A DNA stretch of 64,000 nucleotides from Eledone cirrhosa (GCA_964016885.1 OZ024751.1:25544001-25608000), one strand, 5' to 3'. Positions 42,940 to 55,030 are shown, counted from the first letter of the stretch. Notes: a model not told the origin generated them from the letters alone. Made by a program: numbers and translations.

Positions 42940-45666
42940 TATTTCTTTTATTTGCCACTAGGGCATCAAAAGTGGGACAAGTACAAAGGGGGGAGTTTAC
43001 ACAAAAAGGCGTCCTCAATAAGGAGGAGGCAATAACAAAATATAAAAATAAAATAAGATATAACAAAAAATAAAATTTTTAACAAAATCCTCAATAGAGA
43101 GGAGGCGCCTTGGGGGGTCGCACACACCCCCGAAAAAAGTGTGCAACCCTTCTCCTCAGGAGCACAGAGAAGGGGTGCTCCCTTGGTCTTTCATCTTCCT
43201 CACCTATAGTCTGATGTAGAGTGAAGGCCCATTCACACGGGCCATTCTCGCCACTTTCACCCATCTTTCATAGAAACGGCTGGGGTGCAGCACCTCTCTC
43301 TCCATCCTGATCCTTCTTCCGAAATGATATCGGAAGAAACGGACCAGTTGTTGGCCAGAGAGAAAGGTGCCCGACCTCAGTCCTTTCAGACGCGTCCACC
43401 ATACAACCTCTTTCGCCATGGCTATTACGCACAGAAACACCGCCTCTGCTTCATCTTTGAAGGGGGGAGGCGGCTTGATCATTACAATAGACTCGGTGGT
43501 CAACCGGATCGGTCCCACCCTTGACAGCAGTTGTTCGACATAGCCCCACAGATCGGCTACGCCCGAGCAGTGTACTAATGCGTGTGCAACGGTTTCCTCG
43601 TCGCACACGCATCTGGGACAGATCTTTTTGGCGGGGTCCCTACCCGGGCGCCCGTGTCTGTAGAGCCTTTCTCGAACGGGTAAAGCCCCTCGGTAGCACT
43701 GCCAGGCCAGGGACTTCTGGAAGTTGTCCATAGGTCCCGGGCTGAATGTCCTACCGAAAAGGCTGGCCAGTTCGTCCTCCTCCATGTCTAGGGCTTCTCC
43801 GAGGGCGTCGTCGCACCTGCTGCGTACCAGCCCTCTATAGAATGTTGCGGTGGAGTCTCCACTGATAACCGGATCCGCCTGCCAGAGGGCGGTGAGCGCC
43901 TGGGCACACTCAGTGTGCCAGGCGCCCAGTTTTCTCGGTCTTTGCTTGACCCAGGATTGCAGCTCGGTGAGTGAGACGAGTCTGGGAAAGGTTCGTCTCA
44001 CAAACGAGGCCCACACCGGTTGTCCGGTGAGGAATACGTAGAGGTGCCGTAGCCTTAATGCGTGTTTACGCATCATTAGCCACGGCATCCCCAGCCCTCC
44101 TTTCGAAGGGTGTTGACAGCAGATGGATCTCCTCACCATAGGAGCCCGCCTCTTCCAAAGGAATTGGAAGAGCGCGCGCTCCATCTTGGTGAGGGTTTCC
44201 CTTGGGCAGGGCACTACGGTCAGGCGGTAGTAGATGACGGACGCTATGTAGGTGTTCGCCACCTCCGCCCGACCTTTCAGGGATAGTTTGCAACTGGCCC
44301 ACTTCTGGGTCAGTGCAAACACTCTGTTCGTAACCTCCGCCCAGTTTTTCTCCACCTGGAGGTCCGGTCCGAACCAGACCCCGAGCAACTTCACCGGGCC
44401 CTCCGTCCAGCGTCCGACGACGCTATCGGAGGGCATCGGTCTGCCCCTCCACGTGCCGAGTTGCAAACCGATCGACTTGTCCCGGTTCAGCTTAGCCCCT
44501 GTGAACTTTTCGTACTCCTCCAGTAAGGTGCCGACCGCCTCGATTTCGGAGGCCGTCGACACCATTACTGTCACGTCATCGGCGTAGGCCGACACCGCTT
44601 TCCGCAATCCCGGTTCCAAAGGGATGCCCTGCAACAACTCCAACTTCCGCAGTAGTGGCTCGAGAGTCAATACATACAGAAGGGAGGAGAGAGGGCACCC
44701 TTGTCGGATGGACCGCGCGATTTTGAACGGCTCCGAGAGGTAGCCGTTCACCTTGACCCTAGAGCAGATGCGGCTGCTGTGCATAGCAGTGATCCAGCCC
44801 CTGAAAACGGGTCCGAAGCCTGCCGCCGCTAGCACCGCATCCAGGTAACCATGGTCGACCCTATCGAACGCCTTAGATTGATCCAAGTTGATCAGAGCCC
44901 CACCAAAGCCGGGTTCGTTCCCAACCCTCTCTATGATGTATCGCATGAGGTGGAGGTTGTCATGGATGGACCTGGACGGGATAGCGCATGTCTGCGCATC
45001 TCCCACCAGGTTGCCCACGACAAGCGCCAACCTCTTTGCTAGCACCTTGGCCAAAATCTGTAACTCTGTATTTAGCAGTGTTATGGGCCTGAAGTTACTT
45101 ATTTCGTCCCCCTTGTTCTCGTCCTTCCTCACTAGCGTGACTACGCCCTTGGTCACAGTACAGGGAATTCTCCCGTTCTGTTGCCAGTTGCAGTAGACCG
45201 CCTCGAGGAGATCGGGGAACAAGTCCGGCATAGCTAGATATAATTCGTAAGGAAGACCATCGAGACCCGGGGATTTGCGTTTGCCGCATTGGCTCAGCAC
45301 GTCCTCTATCTCAGCGGCCGAAATCGGCTCCTCGCAGGACTTCGCCTCCCTGTCCGAGAGGCGCGGCAGGCCGTCGAGGTATGGACCGAAGTCCACGTTC
45401 CCAACCGGCTCCCCGCCCCTCCCGAACAGTCGGGCAAAGTGCCTTTGAAAGGCCTCACACATCTGCTTAGGCTCAAGAATCGCCCGTCCATCCAGGTCTC
45501 GCAAAGACCGGATGGTGGATTTAGTTCCACTGTTGGCCTCTGTCACGCGGGCCCAGCTAACAGCTTTGGTCCCCTCGTTCCCTAGAGCACGTATTTTACT
45601 TCGGACAACGCAGCCTTCGTGCTTCGCGTCGAAAAACTGGCTCAAAGCCGTTCTCGACGCTAGCAC
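42940..45666 (-). mobile_element. Tx1/L1-clade non-LTR retrotransposon, 5'-truncated, inserted in (GATA)n
   Basis: GC-rich island carrying an RT ORF and a ~260-bp 3' UTR ending in AATAAAAGAAA with no poly(A). TAGATAGATA flanks both ends (42930-42939, 45667-45676). Confidence 0.93.
43204..45666 (-). CDS. ORF2 remnant: reverse transcriptase plus C-terminal CCHC zinc knuckle (endonuclease lost by truncation)
   Basis: Motifs KSPGLDG, FRPITLLN, DQSKAFDRV, RQGCPLS, YADD, KLLGVWF and CPRC..ETVAHALVHC in an uninterrupted frame. The tracked start (MINVIIYL) comes from flanking DNA. Confidence 0.92.
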   Translation of the reverse strand: MLASRTALSQFFDAKHEGCVVRSKIRALGNEGTKAVSWARVTEANSGTKSTIRSLRDLDGRAILEPKQMCEAFQRHFARLFGRGGEPVGNVDFGPYLDGLPRLSDREAKSCEEPISAAEIEDVLSQCGKRKSPGLDGLPYELYLAMPDLFPDLLEAVYCNWQQNGRIPCTVTKGVVTLVRKDENKGDEISNFRPITLLNTELQILAKVLAKRLALVVGNLVGDAQTCAIPSRSIHDNLHLMRYIIERVGNEPGFGGALINLDQSKAFDRVDHGYLDAVLAAAGFGPVFRGWITAMHSSRICSRVKVNGYLSEPFKIARSIRQGCPLSSLLYVLTLEPLLRKLELLQGIPLEPGLRKAVSAYADDVTVMVSTASEIEAVGTLLEEYEKFTGAKLNRDKSIGLQLGTWRGRPMPSDSVVGRWTEGPVKLLGVWFGPDLQVEKNWAEVTNRVFALTQKWASCKLSLKGRAEVANTYIASVIYYRLTVVPCPRETLTKMERALFQFLWKRRAPMVRRSICCQHPSKGGLGMPWLMMRKHALRLRHLYVFLTGQPVWASFVRRTFPRLVSLTELQSWVKQRPRKLGAWHTECAQALTALWQADPVISGDSTATFYRGLVRSRCDDALGEALDMEEDELASLFGRTFSPGPMDNFQKSLAWQCYRGALPVRERLYRHGRPGRDPAKKICPRCVCDEETVAHALVHCSGVADLWGYVEQLLSRVGPIRLTTESIVMIKPPPPFKDEAEAVFLCVIAMAKEVVWWTRLKGLRSGTFLSGQQLVRFFRYHFGRRIRMEREVLHPSRFYERWVKVARMARVNGPSLYIRL

Positions 45667-45914
45667 TAGATAGATAATCACATTTATCAAGTAATATATT
45701 GAGTTAGAAACTCAAAGTAGTCCCTTACAATTAAAATAGCTTTTAAAAACTTTTTTCCGGGCCGTGTAATATAATTCAATATAATAAAGAGAGATAAACA
45801 CAGATATATACATATATGTGTTCAAATCATAAGAGACCTAAAACGCTAGGGTGAATAAGATACTAACTATGAACAATACAGTTTGCCAGGCTCAATTCGA
45901 TAACTATCAAAACA

Positions 45915-45986
45915 CATCCAGTCTTTGGTAAAACTGTTTCGCATCAAGTGAAGGGAATTACCAATTCTATTGCTCATCAGTGGATG
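45915..45986 (-). ncRNA. Degenerate hammerhead motif
   Basis: CATCCA-CTGATGA-GCA..TGC-GAAAC..GAC-TGGATG; the cleavage triplet reads GAC rather than GUC. Confidence 0.55.
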
Positions 45987-46349
45987 TACGAATTGGTAAA
46001 CCTTTCACTTTTAGGTTCCTTAGAAGACTAAATGAGCCACGTGTTTACAATAACGCACATGGCAATCCTAATACCTAATTTTTGCTGGACCGGCAATCGC
46101 TCTGTATAATCAGCTCCTGATTATTACTGGAATTCTATAAGCGTCCAGCTTTTATAATAGTGTGTGGCTCTGATGATCGCCAACAGCGTGAAACAGGCTG
46201 TTAGCTTCTCTGCCTTCTTTCGCCGAAAAGAAGTAAGTGACATAGTCACTACTTTAAAAACGAAAGCGTATGGTCTTCAAAATGTTTTTAATTAAACATA
46301 CGGTATATTGCCAAATATACTATACATTCATATATATATAGAGATATAT

Positions 46350-47152
46350 AGATACTGATTAATGTTCGGAGCCATCCTCAGCATTCTCGTGTAGCACCCA
46401 ACCACAATCTGAGGGAGTTTCTTGGTCAGTGTCCAAGTCGCAGACTCGTACAGCAGCACAGACTCCACCACAGCAATGAAGAGGCGGATCTTCAGGTCTT
46501 TACGAAGGTCCAACTTGCACACCGATCTCAAGCTGTGGCACGTCACCCAGGCTCTGTTCTTCCTCTCAACCACATCATCTTCCGTATTCCCAATCTTTGC
46601 TCCCAAATACAGGAAGTCCTCAACCAATTCTGGCGGCTCCCCCCCCCCCTACATTAGTAAACTTCTCTGGCTTCTTAATATTCTCTATCAGATATTTCGT
46701 CTTAATCTCATTCATACTCAGCCCCACACTCATCAACATAGTCTCCACCTCCTGCATCAAATTCTCTGCTTCTTTCACTGTGTTTGTCATCAGAACTATG
46801 CCATCGGCAAATTCAGCATCCGATATCTTTTTCGCCTTAACTCTCCTGCTCTGAGCCGGTGTTACAGTAACGCCAGAGTCCTGTAAGGGAGCCTCCCAAA
46901 CGTCAGCTCAAAAATGATACAGAGGAGACTGAGGTTAGCTGGACATGCACACCAACATCCAGAGTTGACACTGCACTCAGTGCTCCTGTGAGAGTACCTG
47001 CAAGGACACACTAGAAGAGGGAGACCGAGGTTGACATATGTCGATGCCCTAAGGACAGACACTGGTCACTTGGAGTCGCAGGACATGGCAGCGATAATGA
47101 GGGACAGAGACCGCTGGAGAGAACTCGTCCATGGATCTCGATAATTTTACCT
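46350..47152 (+). mobile_element. RTE-clade LINE copy with inverted 5' segment (46350-46860 minus, ~46863-47152 plus)
   Basis: Minus: EFADGIVL, EDFLYLG, ESVLLYESATWTLT, CYTRMLRMA. Plus: LPNVSSK..RRLRLAGH..RRGRPRLTYVD..DRDRWR. Confidence 0.88.
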
Positions 47153-47169
47153 TCTCACTCTCTCGCTCC

Positions 47170-47211
<42 letters not shown>

Positions 47212-47275
47212 CTAATGGTTGCTAAGATGCTTCCGTAGGCGGTATGCCGGTTGAGCACTCTATGCTACTACGGAG

Positions 47276-47331
<56 letters not shown>

Positions 47332-47358
47332 TAAATCTACCAAGAGTTTACGGTAGTG

Positions 47359-47423
<65 letters not shown>

Positions 47424-47551
47424 AGCTGAAACAAACAAAACACAAGAGACAATTACACGCAGTTATATTAGATTTTCGCTTGAGGAAGTGGAGGAGGTTT
47501 CAATGTTTCGGAGAGAACTCCTTCTTTATATACACATATATATACATATAA

Positions 47552-47602
<51 letters not shown>

Positions 47603-47609
<7 letters not shown>

Positions 47610-47758
47610 TAAAATAACAGATTAAAGTTTAAGCAAAGAATCGCTGCTTTCACCCTTAACGGGATCTTCTGAAACTAACAAAGTCTTTGTTAGTTTCAGA
47701 AGATCCCGTTAAGGGTGAAAGCAGCGATTCTTTGCTTAAACTTTAATCTGTTATTTTA

Positions 47759-47765
<7 letters not shown>
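47603..47765. repeat. Perfect palindrome embedded in (TA)n
   Basis: 81-bp arms around a 1-nt centre at 47684. Confidence 0.95.
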
Positions 47766-47791
<26 letters not shown>

Positions 47792-47808
47792 CGCACAAAC
47801 ACACACAC

Positions 47809-47848
<40 letters not shown>

Positions 47849-48583
47849 GAGATTGATAGTTAAATGGATGGATTAGTAGATTTATATATATATATATGCA
47901 GATATATAGACTTATAAACGGAGAGAGAAAGAGAGAATGACAGGGAGAGAGAATGAAAGATGAAGGTGAGAAGATATTATTAACAACAATAGCTATCTAC
48001 CTATAAACCCTTAATATGATGTTGAAAATGTAATTTATTCAAAACAATGACACTTTCCAGCCGCCATTTTAATTGTTCAAATCAGTTATAACTGATGATG
48101 AAGGAAAAAGGAAGAAAATAGAACTCTGTGGCTACTGCCCTAGGTGGTCAATGAGAAGGCGTAGAAGGTCAAATATGCTCCTTTATTATTAATTGTCAAC
48201 GAAGGAACGCCACAATAACTGACACTCTTTCATTATGAATATCATTCAAAGAAAATATACAAGCTGCCATATACATTGTTGTCCTTATTGATTGCTGTAT
48301 GTAGCTTCCATTTTTTTTTATATTTTTTTCTTTTTCTAATTAAATGTATGTATGTATGTATGTAGAATGTATATATGTATATATGTATGTATGCTTGTAA
48401 GTATCAATTTATGTATGTGCATATACATATATATATATATATACATATATATATGCATATATATTCATACACACACATATATATACATGTATGTATATAT
48501 GGGTATTCATATATATATATATATATATATAGATAAACAAGATGGTGTAGGACAACAAAGGAGGGACACAAAATAAAAACCCA

Positions 48584-48626
48584 GTCACTGAGGAAGTCAC
48601 AGAATGTGTGACGAAAGAGCTTTGAC
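48584..48626 (+). ncRNA. Minimal hammerhead motif
   Basis: GTCA-CTGAGGA-A-GTCAC/GTGAC-GAAA-GAGCTT-TGAC. The downstream 48630-48715 is homologous to 1-95. Confidence 0.68.
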
Positions 48627-48930
48627 AATATATAAATAACCATCCGGTTATCGAACCAATCAGCCGAAAATTTATAATAAATTGAAGTGAAAACCAACAG
48701 GTGCGTGAGTTTTACCCTATCAACGTATAACAATATATATATACATACATATATAACAAATAAAGTGTGGTAAAAAACCAGGTGGACCATAACGCACCAG
48801 AGTACTCGATACTTGGCGTAGTAGAGTGGACCCGACGGCTGAGCGTTCGGATCTAACTGTCGATAAAATCAAAAACGGGTTCGATAAGGATGAATATATA
48901 TCAAATATATGAGAACTCTAGTGTAAATAT

Positions 48931-49229
48931 TTATTAAAGTAACAGTTTAAAGTTTAAGCAACGAATCGCTGCTTTCACCCTTAACGGGATCTTCTGAAAC
49001 TAAAAAAAATCAATCTGTGAACGCAGAAGTAAATATTTTGAAAAACGTTCATTGCCAGGGAACGGCTTCACGAACCAAAGTATCGTCTTCCTGTTTTTCT
49101 TCGGTTGCAACGTTTTTCGAAATATTTACTTCTGCGTTCACAGATTAATTTTTTTTTTTAGTTTCAGAAGATCCCGTTAAGGGTGAAAGCAGCGATTCTT
49201 TGCTTAAACTTTAATCTGTTATTTTATAA
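48931..49229. repeat. Inverted repeat of the same family with a ~60-bp spacer; a single-arm copy lies at 40703-40808
   Basis: Arms at ~48931-49048 and ~49109-49229. Confidence 0.92.
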
Positions 49230-49355
49230 AGAAAAAAAAAGATATATATATATATATAAATATATATATATCAATATATACACATATGTTTTATTACATA
49301 TGTGTATATAAAAATATGTGTGTGTATATTTGTATATATATATATATATATATCT

Positions 49356-49456
49356 AAGGCGGGTAAAATTCCTGAGATCCATGGACGAGTTCTCTCCAGC
49401 GGTCTCTGTCCCTCATTACCGTATGTTGATGCCCTAGGGACAGACACTGGTCTGTT

Positions 49457-49458
<2 letters not shown>
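49356..49458 (-). mobile_element. Short copy of the same RTE family, also with an inverted 5' segment
   Basis: 49356-49419 is the reverse complement of ~47095-47152. 49422-49452 matches 47037-47068 in the same sense. Confidence 0.82.
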
Positions 49459-49535
<77 letters not shown>

Positions 49536-49573
49536 CAGTATATATATATACACACTCATATATATACACACTC

Positions 49574-49639
<66 letters not shown>

Positions 49640-50150
49640 CGTAAGGTATAATAAACTCATACATTGGAATGTATCGACACGGACAAAGAGTTATATATTC
49701 CAATATAAATCTAAATTGCTGTACATGTGAGGAAAGTTGAGTCATTCGCTGTTAATGGCTGCGATATTTGTTGTTTCTCGATTATTCTCTATATACTAGC
49801 AGTTGCATATTCTCCTCTCTCTATATATATATGAATTGCATCTATATCTACATATATGTGTGTGTGTGTGTGTATTTGTGTGTGTATGTGTGTGTATTCG
49901 TGTGTGTGTATGTGTGTGTTTGTGTGTTCGTGTGTGTGTGTGTGTGTGTGTGTGTATTCGTGTGTGTGTGTATGTGTGTGTGTGTGTGTGTTCGTGTGTG
50001 TGTGTGTGTCTGTTGTGTTTGCAAGTATACCAGCGAATAACAGGGCAGATGTGTTCGTGCTTACGTAAATATGTCAGAAATCTCACTAACGTCATTATTT
50101 AAACTCTCACTTTAGGTATGGCATGAATTGTCATTGTAAATATCTAATCC

Positions 50151-50217
<67 letters not shown>

Positions 50218-50298
50218 GTATATATATATATATATATAAATATACGTATATATATATGTCTGTGTCTGTGTGTATGTGTGTGTGTGTATATATATATG

Positions 50299-50344
<46 letters not shown>

Positions 50345-50371
50345 CATACACACACACATATATATATGTAT

Positions 50372-50403
<32 letters not shown>

Positions 50404-50436
50404 TGTGTGCAATAAATTTATATACATATATTTGTA

Positions 50437-50502
<66 letters not shown>

Positions 50503-51018
50503 TCAGAGAGGGGGAGAGAGAGAGGGGGAGAGAGAGGGGAGGATAGAGATAGGGGGAGAGAAGGGGGTATATATAATCATACATATGCCCATACAAACAA
50601 GGCATTTAATTTTGTCGAAACATTTCCCACCTGGTTCTCTCGACAGGTAAAAATTCCTGCATCATTATGAATTGTATAGAGAATAGTATTTCAGTTTTAT
50701 TTTGCAATTTTCTTATATCAATGCACAATTATGGATTGCGCAGCTGACATAAATGTTTGCTATATGGAATCTGATGAGGTTTCTTTCAGTTAAAAACTAC
50801 AAAAGGATGTAATGTGTTATAGAAAAGTTAGATTTATATTCCATGGCAAAAGTACAGAATCATCGACACATCAAACTGTCAGTTATATAAACTAGGGATG
50901 CATATGTGTCTGTCTATCGCCCTATCTCTCTAACCTTATATGTATTTATATATATATATATATATATGTATGTATATGTATATATATATATGTGTGTATA
51001 TGTATATATATATATGTG

Positions 51019-51051
<33 letters not shown>

Positions 51052-51069
51052 ATATACACATATATACAC

Positions 51070-51101
<32 letters not shown>

Positions 51102-51102
51102 G

Positions 51103-51219
<117 letters not shown>

Positions 51220-51310
51220 CTACACGGTATAAAGAAATAACAATGCAAACGACACAGTACAGTGAAGAAAAACATTATTATTTTTACGCTTGATTTAGTC
51301 GGGAAAAAGG

Positions 51311-51346
51311 TCTTAACGTTTCGGACGCTAGTCCTTCATCAGAAGA
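51311..51346 (-). ncRNA. Minimal hammerhead motif (Penelope pLTR type)
   Basis: TCTT-CTGATGA-A-GGAC/GTCC-GAAACGTT-AAGA. A disrupted homolog lies at 58428-58476 (plus). Confidence 0.72.
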
Positions 51347-52009
51347 TAGAATAATAAATTAAAGAAGAAATAGAAAGACTGAGGAGACCGGCAGAAAAGT
51401 GACAGGTCTTTTCGTGTGTCCGTCTCATCTCCCAAGTCAAGCGATTAAGCAGTAAATATTTTGGCCTTTTAGTTAAATCTATTGACTGATTAATCACTTA
51501 AGTTTATTTTAAAAACAATTGGGTCGAGAGCTTGATTCGTTTTGTGCTATTTTTGCAAATTTTTGCAATAACTACACACGCTGAATTCACTGGCCAAAAT
51601 AGGGGTTTTCTCCCCTTAGAACCTCACATGTGCTTTCATAACCTGTGAGATTCTAGACCACGAAGAACAAAATGCCTGTTGAGAAAGCGATGCCTTGTTC
51701 GATCATTATACCAAAAGCTTATTTTTTATAAGCAGACAGTATTATTGATTTCGGTGTTGCAGAAACCCAAATTCGGAGTATTCCATCTTCCACGAGGGTC
51801 CGGGTAACTATTTTAATCATATCTTATTTTGTTGGACCCGTTTAGCTTGTTCGCTTATTTGGTTCTGGTAGTTAATGGCTTCTTAACCATCGTCTCAGTT
51901 TGTAAGACCCTTTTAACTTATCTTTATAGCTCTGGTATCTTCGCTTGTCTACACAATATGGAAGTTGCGTTTCGATAATTTCTACCCGCCGAAATGCGAT
52001 TCTCGCTAA

Positions 52010-52037
<28 letters not shown>

Positions 52038-52040
<3 letters not shown>

Positions 52041-52230
52041 GGAACGAATAGGACCTCGACGGCTGAGCTCAAGCCGTTTCGACGGCTAACTCTCAGTGAA
52101 TTAGCCGTCGAAACGGCATGAGCTCAGCCGTCGGGGTCCTACTCGTTCCTATTACCCACTCTACTACCCTAAGTATTGAGTACTTTGGTGCGTTATGGTC
52201 CACCTGGTTCCGTACCACATTTCCTTCGTT
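52038..52230. repeat. Hairpin-ended repeat; other copies at 59378-59589 (inverted) and 48760-48845 (no hairpin)
   Basis: ~52-bp arms ATAGGAA..CGACGGCTA plus a one-sided extension. Confidence 0.88.
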
Positions 52231-52418
52231 ATATATATATAGACTGATTCACGTGAGGATCGAAACTGGAACACTCTATTACTATATCCAATGATGAGAT
52301 GATATAAACAAGCTTATATTTTACCATATAATTGTTTTGACGGTGTGAAATGAAGCGTGGACTACTGAACACAATACATTGTTTTGACGACAGCACAGTT
52401 CGTGACCACTCGTATGTT

Positions 52419-52468
<50 letters not shown>

Positions 52469-52779
52469 TGAATGAAGTTCCTTGTTTTGTTGTTCTTAGT
52501 TACGCTGCATAAACAAACAAAAGATCAAAGAGTGAAAAAAGATGGCAGCTTTAACCTCGTTATGAAATGGCATCCTAAAGAGTTGAGAAAAAAGAGAGAG
52601 GGAGGTATAGAGATATGGTAAAAGGATGATAAAGAGAGGGGGAGATACTTTGAGAAAGGGACATGCTTTCTGTTAAAGGTTAATAAGATTTTAGAGGTTA
52701 TGAAGGTCATATTGTAAACTTGATATTTTGCTTGGCTTTCATATATTGTGTATTTTATATGCATACGTACGTATATAGG

Positions 52780-52899
<120 letters not shown>

Positions 52900-52965
52900 T
52901 ATATATATGTGTGAGTGTGTGTTTGTATGCGTGTGTGTGTAATTGTGTGTTCGTAAGTACGCATA

Positions 52966-53000
<35 letters not shown>

Positions 53001-53006
53001 GTCTGT

Positions 53007-53078
<72 letters not shown>

Positions 53079-53223
53079 GTGATATTTGTGAAGAGAGGGG
53101 GGGATAGAGGAGAAAAAGAAAGTGAAAAAAGAAAGAGACTGACAAACAGGCAGATGAAAAAACATCCAGACAGACAGCCAGGCAGACAGATTGACAGGCA
53201 GACAGACACACAGGCAGACATGC

Positions 53224-53272
<49 letters not shown>

Positions 53273-53744
53273 GGTAGGTAGGTAGGCAGACAGACAGGCA
53301 GAGAGGCAGACAGTAATGTAATATTCCGCAATGTTTAGATAAATAATTGTTGGTTGATGCAGCTGGATCTCAGTCGGTTCTCACGACGACTGTTCTAGTT
53401 GTTTGAAAAGGGGGACAGATTACTCGTGGAAGTAATCCACATGTGGTACAACGTTAATGGAGCTACTTCTCAGGGAGATTCAGGGTAACACAATCTGTGA
53501 CAACGCAGGTAATTAGAATTATGAGAACAATTGGTTTTTGGCAGCTGATTGGACCTGATGCAACTAGAAATAAAGTGTGTTCCGCCAAGTCACAATGCGC
53601 ATGCCGGGAATGGGTCACTTGATCTAACTCTCGTGATTGGAGCAACCAATCAGCTAACAGACACATCTACACTAACGTGGATGGGAACCAGTAAAAAAAA
53701 AAGAACCATTCCCTCGATGTATTCCTTTCCAATATCCCCACCCT

Positions 53745-53868
53745 CAGGCGTGTGCCTCACCAGCAGGAATGGTACTTTCAGTGCGTCTCTCTCATTATGA
53801 TCCGGTGAAGCGCCTTTCTTTACTCTGACCGCCGGGTCCGCGGGGTGACCAACGCGTGGGGCCCCATA
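53745..53868 (+). mobile_element. Degenerate CRE-like C-terminal fragment
   Basis: PHQQEWYFQCVSLIMIR aligns with the other three copies. Confidence 0.55.
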
Positions 53869-53877
53869 TGCTCATAA

Positions 53878-54028
53878 TAGTTGTTTCTACTTTTGGCACA
53901 AGGCCAGCAGTTACCCAGTGTATTACTGGTACTTTATTTTATCGACCCCGTAAGGATGAAAGGCAAAGTTAACCTCGACAGGATTTGAACTCAGACCGTA
54001 AAGGGACTTATCTCTATGCTGGGAACAT
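53878..54028 (-). mobile_element. SINE family 1, 5'-truncated
   Basis: Tail, core and B box are present. Confidence 0.87.
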
Positions 54029-54029
54029 G

Positions 54030-54575
54030 GTTTGCAATTATGCAAACAAGCCTCATTTTTAAAGTAGAATGAACCCTTCATTCTTGCTATCGTGTTGTCA
54101 TGTAAACAGAACTGCAGACACATTATTGTATTTAGCCATATAGAACGAAAAATGTTTTTTAATTTGAATGTGGCAAAGCCGACCATTTATCGCCCGTATA
54201 CAGGAAACTGGGCAGTCTGCTGATATACAGATCTGACTGATCAGCCAGTCTGCTAATATGCAAATCTGGCTGATCAGTGGATCTGCTAATATACAGATCT
54301 GACTGATCAGCCAGTCTGCTAATATGCAAATCAGGCCGATCAGTCACTGTATATTTTAGAAAATAGCATATATTTTCACTAGCTCTGACATTTGGCATGT
54401 GAACAGTGAACTGTACTGATGAAGAGTGATACCCAGAAACATTAGTGTCTGCAGTTATGTTTACATGACAACACAAAAGCAAGAATGAAGAGTTCATTCT
54501 ACTGACATGGCTTTGAAAATGAGGCTAGTTTTCCTAATTGCAAACGAATCGAATGTTATTATTAATATTCTAAAA
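54030..54575 (+). mobile_element. Hammerhead-bearing repeat (family C) with ~90-bp inverted terminal copy; other copies at ~19985-20445 and ~60275-60630
   Basis: 54030-54121 is the inverted homolog of 54445-54546. Internal CTGACTGATCAGCCAGTCTGCTAATA subrepeats. Confidence 0.8.
54409..54456 (+). ncRNA. Type I hammerhead ribozyme motif, family C
   Basis: AACTGTA-CTGATGA-short imperfect stem II-GAAA-CATTAGT-GTC-TGCAGTT. Homologs with CTAATGA lie at 20100-20148 and 60385-60433 (minus). Confidence 0.7.
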
Positions 54576-54612
54576 ATTCAGATTACATTTATTACATATA
54601 TATATATATACA

Positions 54613-54643
<31 letters not shown>

Positions 54644-54924
54644 ATATATATATCAGCACACAATAGCATCAGCTTGATGTAAAAACGCCCGAAGCTCTAA
54701 ATCTGTGACAGTTCTAATGTGTTCCTTCATTCAACGGTGTTTATATATTTTACCAGGTTCATTTTTCAAAGTTATGTAATATTGAAAATGAATTTTCTGA
54801 GCTTTTGAGCTTTCTGCTAATATACAATTTCAATTCTCTATTATTTTCTAGTGATTGTTTTGTAAATTCCGATTTCCATTAATAAAGTATGTTGCTTTAC
54901 TATATATGTATATATGTATGGACT

Positions 54925-55030
<106 letters not shown>

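Noticed and set aside
45667-45690. Start codon of the 828-aa ORF
   Set aside because: It lies in the TSD and flank, so it is not a native start.
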